Assembly (NCBI GenBank): GCA_977017575.1
Contig: CDRNVI010000067.1
Coordinates: 62,001-126,000 of the forward strand
Reading direction: 5' to 3'
Source of the DNA: Paramoeba atlantica
Lineage: Eukaryota > Protista > Discosea
Length of the DNA stretch: 64,000 nucleotides
A program made the translations under genes and the position numbers. Under the pieces are notes generated by a model. That model did no database searches and was not told where the DNA came from. It was given only the letters and a program-made list of their open reading frames with translations. This document shows positions 1 to 10,379 of the stretch, piece after piece (the first letter of the stretch is position 1; each line of letters opens with the position of its first letter).

Positions 1-483
1 GCTGTTTCAACTCGGTTTCGGGCGGTCTGAGCACGGTTTTGCGCGGTTTCAAAGAGACTCGAAGGACCTTTTTCGATCGAGGTGGGATGATGCATGTAGC
101 AACTGGATATTTTTTCCATAAGAGCCTCGTTGCTCTCTATTTAGGGCATTATGTACTGTTCGAATAGTTTTAGTCTCGATGTTGTGATAGTTTGGATAGG
201 GACTCCCTAGTGCTCATATGATGACACGAAAAACAGCCAAAACCAGATTTTTGATAAATACGAACCTTGAAAGGAAGTCTAAAACCATGTGTTTTGGACC
301 CAGGGGGTACCAGGGGGCCCCTACAAAAAAAGGGCAGCAAAGCGCTTCAGAAGAGAAACGAGATCTATCCAATGCTGCGAAAATGAGAAAAAAACAGACA
401 AAAAAACTCAAAATTCCGCAGGGAGAGAAGATATCTTGAAACCACTGTATTAGAAACAGTCGATTTCTGGACGTTTTTGCTCT

Positions 484-1084
484 CAGAGCACCAAATCCGA
501 TATTTGCGTGTGCGAAATCACTCGTACGCATGAATTCAACGCCACAGAGCGTAACGGGTAGAGAATGCAGCTCCAACCACACCATTCTTCCGACACAAAA
601 AGACCCCTTTGGGTACCAAAATTACTATTTCGCATTTTTTGGTCAATTTGGGGAGGGCGAAAATAGCGGTGGAAGTCAACGAATATTGAATAAGTAAAGG
701 AATATTGCATAAGTAAAGGAATAATACATAAGTAAAGGAATCTTTTTTATGCTCTTCGTTAAACGCAGTGGTTGTTTTCAACTTAGAAGTCACTCATGCT
801 GCGCGCTTTGCGTTGAAAACTACCGCCGCTTTTAACGAAGAGTATAAAAAAGATTCCTTTACTTATGCAAAATTTAGCCTGGAAAACGGAAAGATTATGG
901 CCAAAAATAGCCGATTTTCGGGTAAAAAAGGGGTGATTTTCGCGTATGTTTGCTGTCAGAGCACTAAATCCGACATTTGCGCGTGGGAAATCACTCGTAG
1001 GGATGAATGGAAGCCTACCGAACGTATTGGGTAGAGAATGCGACTCCAACCACACCATTCTTTCGTCACAAAAATGCCCCTTTT
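484..1084 (+). repeat. Two partial copies of the hairpin-headed interspersed element (family E1)
   Basis: 484-665 is a diverged internal block (ctctcagagcac...gggtagagaatg). About 735-870 is the long hairpin head, followed by the internal block, which is truncated at about 1084. Confidence 0.8.
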
Positions 1085-1216
1085 AACTAACGACACACAT
1101 TTTTATCATGCAGACGGGTAAACAAGGTCATCTCTCTGCTAGGGGTTGGGCATGGTGGAATTGTTGGGCTTCGCAAATTGCTTCCCACTAACGACACGGC
1201 GCCCGCACATTGATAA

Positions 1217-2149
1217 AATTTCTTTTTTAGGCTCTTCGTTAAACGCGGTGGTTGCTTTCAACTTAGAAGTCACTCGTGCTGCGCGCTTCGCGTTGAAAAC
1301 TACCGCCGCGTTTAACGAAGAGCCTAAAAAAGAAAATTTAGCCGGGAAAACGGAAAGATTATAGCCAAAAATAGCCGAATTTCGGGTACAAATGGGGTCA
1401 TTTTCGCATATTTTTGCTCTCAGAGCACTAAATCCGACATTTGCGCGTGGGAAATCACTCGCAGGCATGAATGAAAGCCTACCGAACGTATTGGGTAGAG
1501 AATGCGACTCCAACCATACCATTCTTTCGACACAAAAATGCCCCTTTAGGTCCGAAAAATACTTTTTCACCTTTTTTAGTCAAAAATGGGTCATTTTGAG
1601 GGGCGCACCACAGTTCGAAGAAGTGATACCTTGCGAAAACAACTGCGTAGAAAGCTAGTGTAGGTCCCAAACTATCAAAATACAATAGGGGAAACGATTT
1701 TGGAAAAATATTTTTTTTGTCATTTTTTTCGCCAAGTTGAAATTTTTTTCAAAAAATTTTTTCCGAAAAATTCCGAACTTGGCGGACCCGTCCTGCGGAT
1801 ACGCGGGGGGGTCAACCCCGGGTAGGGGGGTGGAAAATGCGCGCCAAGACCCCGGCTACCCTTTCTGCGGTTTTTTTTCGAAAACTAATTTTTTCGAAAA
1901 AATTTGCTCGACCATGCCCCCCCCCCCCTGGACCCCCCCCCTGGACCCCCCCCCTGGACCCCCCCCATGGACCCCCCCCATGGACCCCCCATTTTTTTCA
2001 AAAAAAATTTTCAGTTTTGGACCACCGGAGCCCCCTTTTATATTTTTTTCTTCTATTATATTACTGTGTTCCTCTTTATATTTTCACTGTTTTTGTTCAC
2101 TTTTTTATCAATAATCGAGTGTAGAGCGGTAGTTTTACAACCACCGCAA
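1217..2149 (+). mobile_element. Full-length E1 element (933 bp): long hairpin head, (TGGACCCCCCC)n tract, short hairpin tail; Helitron2/HINE-like
   Basis: Removing it restores the satellite unit gcacattgataa|tgcata with no duplication. The head has ~45-bp arms around a ~30-bp loop. The tail GCGGTAGTTTTACAACCACCGCAA carries an 11-bp inverse of the head motif GCGGTGGTTGT. Confidence 0.75.
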
Positions 2150-2675
2150 TGCATACTAAGCGGCACTTTGATAATGCATATAGCACATTGATAATGCATA
2201 TAGCACACTGATAATGCATATAGCACATTGATAATGCATATAGCACATTGATAATGCATATAGCACATTGATAATGCATATAGCACATTGATAATGCATA
2301 TAGCACATTGATATTGCATATAGCACATTGATAATGCATATAGCACATTGATATTGCATATAGCACATTGATATTGCATATAGCACATTGATAATGCATA
2401 TAGCACATTGATAATGCATATAGCACATTGATAATGCATATAGCACATTGATAATGCATATAGCACATTGATAATGCATATAGCACATTGATATTGCATA
2501 TAGCACATTGATAATGCATATAGCACATTGATAATGCATATAGCACATTGATAATGCATATAGCACATTGATAATGCATATAGCACATTGATAATGCATA
2601 TAGCACATTGATAATGCATATAGCACATTGATAATGCATATAGCACATTGATAATGCATATAGCACATTGATAAG
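2150..2675. repeat. 20-bp tandem satellite (TAGCACATTGATAATGCATA), about 25 copies
   Basis: Near-perfect head-to-tail units with no spacers. An inverted shorter array lies at about 3095-3285. Confidence 0.95.
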
Positions 2676-3394
2676 AGTGACAAAGACATCCGATTCTTAT
2701 CCATAAATGTGCGTCCTTTATATACACGGGCATGTACTTATGTTCGTTACACTAATATCACACAGCCTTTCGACTTCGCAAATTGCTTCCCACTAACGAC
2801 ACACATTCTTGTCTTGCAAACGGGTAAACAAGGTCTAGGCTTTGCTAGGGGTTGGGTATGGTGTCTGGGTTCACTGGCCCGGCCGGCCCCTCCGTGCGTT
2901 CGGCCTCTCATATTCCCCAAAACAACTACCACCTTCCCCCCATTTATCAGGGGTCGCTCGCGCGACCCCCGCTAAATAGGGGGGGAAGGTGGTAGTTGTG
3001 GGGTATGGAGGCCTCTCGCAACTCCGGGGCCTCACCGGGAGCAGAGACGAGTGTTCACTATTTCTTGAAAACACCTTTATTTTCCAAATAATGCATCATC
3101 AATGTGCTGTATGCATTATCAATGTGCTGTATGCATTATCAATGTGCTGTATGCAATATCAATGTGCTATATGCATTATCAATGTGCAGTAACTATGCAA
3201 TATTAATGTGCCGCTTAGTATGCACTATCAATGTGCTATATGCATTATCAATGTGCGGCACGTTATGCATTATCAATGTGCGAGTGGGCACACATTTTTA
3301 TCTTGCAGACGGGTAAACAAGGTCATCGCTTTGCTAGGGGTTGGGCATGGTGGAATTGTTGGGCTTCGCAAATTGCGTCTCACCAATATCACGT

Positions 3395-3874
3395 GTTATA
3401 TGTCGAAACAAACGTCGTAGAATGGTAACTGAGGTCCAAAACTCTTAAAATACGTTTTAGGAGTCGATTTTGGAAAAATAATTTTTTTTTTTTTTTTGGG
3501 TCAAATTTTTTTTTTGGTCACCCTAAAAATTCGGAAATTTTGACCTTGTCGGACCCCTCCTGCGCGTATCAGAGGGCGTACCCCCTGGGGGGGGGTGGAA
3601 AATTATCGCCGCGGCCTACTCTACCACTTCCCTGCGCTCGATTTCGAAAAAGCAAAAAATTCGAAAAAAAATTCGTGCGGTATGTCCCCCCCCATGGACC
3701 CCACCCCTAGACCCCCCATTTTTTTCAATTTGTTTTTCATTTTTGAACCACCGGAGCCCCCTTTTACATTTTTTTCTTCTATTATATTACCGTGTTCCTC
3801 TATATATTTTCACTGTTTTGTTCACTTTTTTTTCAATATTCGAGGGTACAGCGGTAGTTATACAACCACCGCAA
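3395..3874 (+). repeat. E1-family element, diverged subfamily, head missing
   Basis: Homologous ggacccctcctg...gtggaaaa block, C tract and the ACCACCGCAA tail. Confidence 0.75.
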
Positions 3875-3919
3875 TAATGCATACTAAGCGGCACATTTAT
3901 AATATGTGCAACTACCGCA

Positions 3920-5195
3920 AATTTTTTGTTTCTTCGTTATACGCGGTGGTTGTTTTCAACTTAGAAGTCACACATGTTGCGAGCTTCGCGTTGAAGACTA
4001 CCACCGCGTTTAACGAAGAGCCTAAAAAAGAAAAAAGGGGCCAGGAAAACTGAAGAAAACGTAAAGATTATAGCCAAAAATAGCCGATTTTCTGGCAAAA
4101 ATGGGGTGATTTCTGCGTATTTTTGCTCTCAGAGCACTAAATCTGATATTTGCGGGTGGGAAATGACTCGTAGGCATGAATGAAAACTTAACGAACGTAT
4201 TGGGTAGAGAATGCGACTCCAACCATAACTGAAAAAAAAAATTGAAAAAAATGGGGGGTCCATGGGGGGGGTCCAGGGGGGGGGGTCCATGGGGGGGGTC
4301 CAGGGGGGGGTCCAGGGGGGGAGGGGAGTCCAGGGGGGGGGTCCAGGGCGGGGTCCAGGTGGAGGGTCCAGGGGAGGGGTCCATGGGGGGTCCAGGGCGG
4401 GGTCCAGGGGGGGGGTCCAGGGGGGGTCCATGGGCGGGGTCCAGGGGGGGGGTCCAGGGGGGGTGCAGGGGGGGTTCCAGGGGGAGGTCCACGGGGGGTC
4501 ATGGTCGAGCAAATTTTTCGAAAAAATTAGTTTCGAAAAAAAACCGCAGAAAGGGTAGCCGGGGTCTTGGCGCGCATTTTCCACCCCCCTACCCGGGGGT
4601 GACCCCCCCGCGTATCCGCATGACGGGTCCGCCAAGTTCGGATATTTTCGGAAAAAAAAATTTGAAAAAAAATTCAACTTGGCGAAAAAAATGACAAAAA
4701 GAATATTTTTCCAAAATCGTTTCCCCTATTGTATTTTGATAGTTTGGGACCTACACTAGCTTTCTACGCAGTTGTTTTCTCAAGGTATCACTTCTTCAAA
4801 CCGTGGTGCGCCCCTCAAAATGACCCATTTTTGACTAAAAAAGGTGAAAAAGTATTTTTCGGACCTGAAGGGGCATTTTTGTGACGAAAGAATGGTGTGG
4901 TTGGAGTCGCATTCTCTACCCAATACGTTCGGCAGGCTTTCATTCATGCCTACGAGTGATTTCCCACGCGCAAATGTCGGATTTAGTGCTCTGAGAGCAA
5001 AAATACGCGAAAATCACCCCATTTTTACCCGAAAATCGGCTATTTTTGGCTATAATCTTTCCGTTTTCCAGGCTAAATTTTCTTTTTTAGGCTCTTCGTT
5101 AAACGCAGCGGTAGTTTTCAACGCGAAGCGCGCAGCATGAGTGACTTCTAAGTTGAAAACAACCACCGCGTTTAACGAAGAGCTTAAAAAAGAAC
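3920..5195. repeat. Two oppositely oriented partial E1 copies (about 3920-4228 +, 4230-5195 -)
   Basis: Hairpin heads at about 3935-4028 and 5087-5190. The G-rich (GGGGGTCCA)n tract at 4255-4500 is the reverse complement of the E1 C tract. Confidence 0.85.
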
Positions 5196-5795
5196 ATTAT
5201 AAATGTGCGGGTGCCCTCTCAATGCATCCGCATAAGGCTGATGAAGTTGTTTCATCGCACACGCTGTTTTTTAAGAACGCAAGCTGGCAAGAACGCTTTC
5301 GCGCTCTTTTGTTGGCTCTGAAGTCCGTAAAAGATGAAGTAGAAAGGGAGGAAGTAGAAAGGGACGAAGACAACGACAATGAAGAGACAGAAGATGACTT
5401 TGAAGAGGAGAGTGAAGATTGGGGTGTGATTCAAGGTTTGTTGATTTGATTTGAATGCTAAGATAGACGAAAAGGGGGTAAAAAGTGGAAAAAGCAGTAA
5501 AAAAATCATATGGGTACAATATAACCCGGGGAACGGTATATTATTTAAATCGCTATTTAAATAATATATAATATTATAGCGTTAACGCTATAATATTCAA
5601 AGAGAAGAACATAGGAGAAAAGTTTAGACATAGTCTGAAGTAGAAAATAAGTCTCATCGTTGTTGAAGTGTAAACAAATTATTGTTCCTATGTCTTATTG
5701 TTCCTCTGTGACCGACTAGTTTTTACAAAGCGATCTATAGGACCGCGTTTCGCAGTCAAACTTAGTTGGGAGCATCTTATAAAATGCTCTTCAAT

Positions 5796-7305
5796 TTATT
5801 TCTTATGATCTGCTATGCTCGCGAGGTTTTCTGTTGGATTTTCAAAATTGTAGTTTGAGAGATGAGGTGAATGAAATTCGGCAATGGAAGGATTAAGGTA
5901 GCCAAGATGTTTGAACTGCTTGGTCACATCCATGGTGGATATAACGTCTGTATGCGCTTGCGCTACTGTACAATGCAGCCACTTACGATTTTCTGCCGCT
6001 GTTCGTTTGGTGGTATGTTCCTCGTTCCAGTATTTCACGTGCGCAGCTTTGTAGGGACCAGCGTAGTATACATCAATCCATTGCAACAAAGATGTGGTTC
6101 CACCCGGAAGAACAGCAACGTAATTTTTTGTTAGGCAGAAAGAGCTAAGAACGCTTGCCGTAATGTGTGATCGGCAAGAATCAAGGACAAGTAAAGTCGG
6201 TCCTTCTACTTGATGTTGCTCCAGTAATTGATTGAAGAAAGGAACAAATATACTTTTAAAAAACTCTTCAGTGACAACTCCCTTTGGAGTAAAAGCACAG
6301 GCCGTTTTGGGATCAAAGGCAACATTTCGCATTAGATCTTTCTTACCTTTCCATACAATTAGGGGTTTCATAAAGAAATGTCGTAAGGGATTTCTTTCGC
6401 TATCTATGATAACACCTGCGCCGGAGATGAGCGTAGCACAACGCTTGCGATCGTTGGGATTTGCATGTGCATGAACATCTTGTTCACCTCGGTGGGTTAC
6501 AGTTTTCAGTGCCCTCATAGTGCCGCGAAGGGACGGGAATTTCATCAAAATTGAACACACAACTAAATATTTTAGTTTTTAAGGCACGATCAATGAAAGT
6601 ATGAAAACGTTTGATTTTTTCGAATGATTTAACTGCTCCTTCGTCAAAATCGTTTGCTTCTTGACAATGCGTAGACTGAAGGAAAATTGGCGAAGAAAGC
6701 GGGATACCCACATATCGCTTACGATTCGCTTATTTCCTATTTCTGAAGATGGCCTACGACAAAGAATGTGATGGACTTCTTCTTTTATCATGGAAAACGT
6801 GACTACTGCATTTGCACTACGCCTTGCTCGAATAAAAGAAGCGAGCATTTCTTTTGTTTTCTGAAGCGGACAACTCGATCTTTGATGCTCACAACGTTTT
6901 CGTTTACCACCTTCATTCTTTTTATCAGAAAACATGGACAACCAGGAATACAGCTGTTGTTCGTGACATATACGAAGGCGTTTCTGAGGCCATGCTTCCC
7001 TGACATATGCATTGAGGAGAGGAATTAACCCTTTTTTTGTGTCCTTAATTTTAGTCGGAAGAGACTCATAGTACTTGCATATGCGACGTTTTTGAGAAGT
7101 GGTGATACACTCATTCGACCGACGGCCGCTTTCATGGGTCGGCCTTTTTTCTCTGGCATGTTGACCTCCCTGGCATGTTTGTTTCTCTTTGCTAAAAAGA
7201 TGCGGTTCGCCGTTTTCTTCTTCTTCCTCGCCCGCCTCTTCTACCTCATCGTCTCCCGCCTCACTTTGAGATTCTTCACTAGAATCAGAAAAACCTAGAA
7301 CCTGA
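5796..7305 (-). pseudogene. pogo-family (DD35D) transposase, two frameshifts, 5' end cut by an E1-family fragment
   Basis: CENP-B-type HTH region (FIRARRSANAVVTFSMIK...VSDMWVSRFL), FNFDEIP, LVLDSCRSH and LQWIDV with 35 residues between the last two Asp. These motifs are spread over three frames that switch near 6620 and 6530. Confidence 0.85.
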
Positions 7306-7307
7306 TG

Positions 7308-7590
7308 GGGCTCCGGTGGTCCAAAACTGAAAAAAAAATTTAAAAAAATGGGGGGTCTAGGGGAGGGGTCCATGGGGGGGGTCCAGGGGGGGGGCATACA
7401 CCACGAATTTTTTTTTCGATTATTTTGCTTTTCGAAATCGAGCGCAGGGAAGTGGTAGAGTAGGCCGCAGCGAGAATTTTCCACCCCCCCCTGGGGGTAC
7501 CCCCCTGGTACGCGCAGGAGGGGTCCGACACAGTCAAAATCTCCGAATTTTTTGGGGTGACCAAAAAAAATTTTTTTTTGACCCAAAAAA
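7308..7590 (-). repeat. E1-family fragment (diverged subfamily)
   Basis: Reverse complement of the 3500-3770 block. Confidence 0.75.
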
Positions 7591-7596
7591 AGTAAA

Positions 7597-8092
7597 GGAG
7601 ATACCAATAATGTAGGTGCGGCAGTTTCCCACGGGAAAAACGGCATCTCCACCTTTTTAGGCACTAGTTTCCATGCCATAAGGGAGATACCGTTTTTCCT
7701 GCAGGAAGTTAAGAGTTAAGATATCCCGTTTGGCCAACTAGGGCTATAGGATCGTAGCAGGAATCTCCGTTACAGAGAAACCTCTACGTCGGTCTGAGTC
7801 TCCTTTTAAGTGGGGCTGAGCAACCTCTCCGTTTCCGGAAGAGTACGGGCGTCAGAATCTCACCACCGAGAACTCATCAAGGGACGTAGAGTGAGGACGC
7901 ACTCATTCACTAACGATCCTCGAGGGACAACCAGTGCCCTGAACGGGCCTAGTTATTTAGCGCTTTGTTTTGTTAGCGCGGGCCTTAGCTCGGGAGGCTG
8001 GGATCGCTAAGTCCCATCATCCGATGTGAATCGGACGCCCTGACCTTTTTTTTCCTGCAGGAAACTGCCACATCTATACTATTGGTATCTCC
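7597..8092. mobile_element. Small foldback MITE (about 55-bp TIRs starting GGAGATACC) with an insertion in its right arm
   Basis: GGAGATACCAATA at 7597 and TATTGGTATCTCC ending at 8092. The right arm is split into 7683-7707 and 8049-8092. Confidence 0.65.
7708..8048 (+). ncRNA. Candidate structured RNA or retroposed ncRNA copy, family unknown
   Basis: At least 8 stems by eye, a GUGA tetraloop, a G-U-containing stem and a 3' T run. Flanked by the 15-bp direct repeat TTTTTCCTGCAGGAA (7693-7707, 8049-8063). Confidence 0.45.
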
Positions 8093-8285
8093 CTCGTCCA
8101 CTTTAGCCTGGGTTACATAGTAAAAACATGCTCCCTAGGAAACATGTTCCCTTACAGCTTCCCACGCGAGGAAGTCGTCGTCGCTGCGGCAAAAAGGCAG
8201 GAGGCACCGCATTCTGCTTTTTGCCTTGCGCCTCCTCCTTCCTCTACGGTCTTGCGTAACCCACATTTCCATTTGAAAAAGCATA

Positions 8286-9324
8286 CAGTAAACGTCACTA
8301 TTCTGAGAATAGCCGCTAAAAATGAGAATTGGGCTGTCAACGTACAACTGACTAAAATGAGAATGCACCTTGGAAAATGAGAATGGAGCTTCGGTCATGT
8401 GTCAACGTTCAATTCAATTTTACACTCAAAAATGAGAATTGAAAAAAAACGCTTTCGTTCTCTCACTGATTAACTCACTGCTTCATCTTCACTAACTGGA
8501 GAGTATGCGAGAGATCGGTGGGAATCACTGGGGATACTGTATATTCCCCCAGTAATGGATCCCCCAGTAGCAGAGATTTCGCCATTTTTGGGCCGACACA
8601 CAGTAACAAGGATTTGTCTCGGGAGGGTGGTTGGAGGGGGGGTGTCTGGACGGGATGAGGGTGGTTGTGCAGTAGCGAATCGCGTGGTTTCTGGGTTGGC
8701 TGTACAGAAAATCAGCGCACTCATGAACGAAAAAGGCCTTTGCCCACCGAAAAAGCATACCCCACCCAGTAACAAGGATTTGGCCTTTATGGTCCAAAAT
8801 CGATTCTATTACTGGGGGGGTATAGGTAGGTGGAGATAGATGGGGGTCACAGAGGATCACTGGAGATCATTTTTATCGTTGTCCTTTCTCTTCTTCCATT
8901 CATGAAAGGCACACAAATGTCCTAGTGAGACCAAAAAAAGAAAAGAAAACACTGATTTAGGTGACTACGAGTCATGAAACTTTGTTTTTCTGAAAACAAA
9001 ACGCTAATACACAAAAGGAAAACTTGTACTGTTTGACTGCGCGGTGTTCTTCTGATAGAGCGGCGACTCCGCAAACCAAGGAGATGGTGGGAGATCTCTG
9101 GGGGTCATTTTTGTGCACCCAAAGCGGCCTGTTGCTCCGCTGCTAACATTTTTCTTGCGAAACGTTTTCTTTTTTAAAAATGAGAATTATGATTTGACCT
9201 CATAAAAAAGTGCCTGTCAACGTTCAACAGACCAATTCTGAGAATAGTGACGAAAAACGACAAAAAAGCCGTTTTTTCTGTGTCGACGTACAACTGAGCA
9301 TTCTGAGAATAGTGACGTTTACTG
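8286..9324. mobile_element. Tc1/mariner-type MITE with a nested second MITE (about 8534-8826)
   Basis: TIR CAGTAAACGTCACTATTCT(G/C)AGAAT at both ends, each flanked by TA. Internal repeats gtcaacgttcaa and aaatgagaat recur at 31365-31420 and 32020-32135. Confidence 0.8.
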
Positions 9325-10379
9325 TATGTGACAAATTGAGGTTTGCAAATCGCTTCCGAAGAAGAGGGTCTCGAGTCGTCCAAAAGGTGCGTTTTTCTTT
9401 CTTAAAACGATATATCAGTTTATGGACAATTTGGGTTGTTTTTGTCCAAAAGGTCAACGCAGTTCTACAATGTCACGGTAACAATGTCACGGGAATTACC
9501 GATTCACGGTAATTGAATTTTTGGGCAAACAGAAAAAAACGTTTTTAAAAATTTTGTAGTCAATTAAAGCAAAAACAGCAACTTTCTTACTCTAGTATGT
9601 AACTTTTTTACTCTAAAAAAATATTTTTTTTCCACAAAATTTCTGCGAACCATCGTTTTTACTTTACTACTACTTTGCGTCATGAAGCGACCCGGGCGGT
9701 TTACCAAGAGCAACAGCATGTTTCGCTATAGCGATTGCTCTGATGCGAGTGGTTCTATTCAGTTAAGTCCAAGCACAGTGGTCTGCCTTGGCATGGCTTT
9801 GGTTACTGTTGTGTTGGTTCTTCACTTTTATAGCAGATACATACAATAGCGCAGTATATATGATGCACAAAAAGTGACGGTGCCATCTAAGGGCAACATA
9901 CTATAATGAAGAAGAGGACGATGACTCTATTGTAATATTTTTTTCGAGGAGAAATGGGTACTCGGATATTGAAGAAGAGTTCTCCTATTTTACTAGCGAA
10001 ACAAAAGAATCCGAGAAAAATAATCTATGGAATTCAGCGCAGCAAGGAAAACTGACGAGCCATAACGACTTGAGGCATAAAAGCTACGCTCATGTTTGAG
10101 CCAGATGTGCACGTAAATACATATTTCTCAGTGCCTATAAGTCCTTTACAAGATGGCGTACTTGCGATTACGCATACGTACAGTGTGAGTAGTGTCTTTG
10201 TATCCCTCTGTAAAACAAGTTTTAATCACTTTGCTTCCAAAAATCAAACTTTCTTGTTTCTTTGTCCACTCAGATATTCGTAATACTACTAGTTAAAAAA
10301 TCGAAAATGCAGTTCTCACGAAGAAGATCCGACCCACCAAAATGCCCCCGAAAATTCACACAGAGACACACTTGAGGGG

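Larger units (their letters stand above)
1198..3289. mobile_element. Non-autonomous deletion derivative of the IS30-like element (inverted relative to 11886-14425), interrupted by an E1 copy
   Basis: Ends GGCGCCCGCACATTGATAA and TGTGCGAGTGGGC match the ends of the 11886-14425 element. It carries the same 20-bp satellite, ~90-bp unit and GC hairpin block in reverse complement. The flanking repeat array rejoins with a 2-bp AC duplication. Confidence 0.7.

Noticed and set aside
1225-1330. E1 hairpin as an integron attC site
   Set aside because: The AAC/GTT motifs are innermost rather than terminal, no cassette ORFs lie between the hairpins, and there is no integrase.
214-2191. Recurring ORFs starting MVWLESHSLP, MKKYFSDLKG or with PPWTPP runs
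   Set aside because: They are chance frames of the non-coding E1 repeat, and length and frame differ in every copy.
2056-2733. CxxC/His-rich ORFs and a CRISPR-like appearance (also 13923-14484, 3104-3428, 54278-54593)
   Set aside because: These are translations of a 20-bp satellite in all frames. The units are contiguous with no unique spacers, and there are no cas genes.
5570-5597. Perfect 28-bp palindrome AATATTATAGCGTTAACGCTATAATATT
   Set aside because: The palindrome is real, but it is a single AT-rich instance with no context supporting a function.
7985-8015. TCCCAGCCTCC (minus strand) resembling the HDV ribozyme core
   Set aside because: The P1, P1.1 and P2 partner strands could not be completed in the required order.
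8060-8092. TACTATTGGTAT resembling the spliced-leader exon/intron junction
   Set aside because: The rest of the 39-nt leader is absent, and the sequence is the arm of a MITE TIR.
9440-10290. Possible piggyBac remnant (acidic stretch, Cys-ending fragment)
   Set aside because: No TTAA-bounded TIR pair or catalytic motif could be found.
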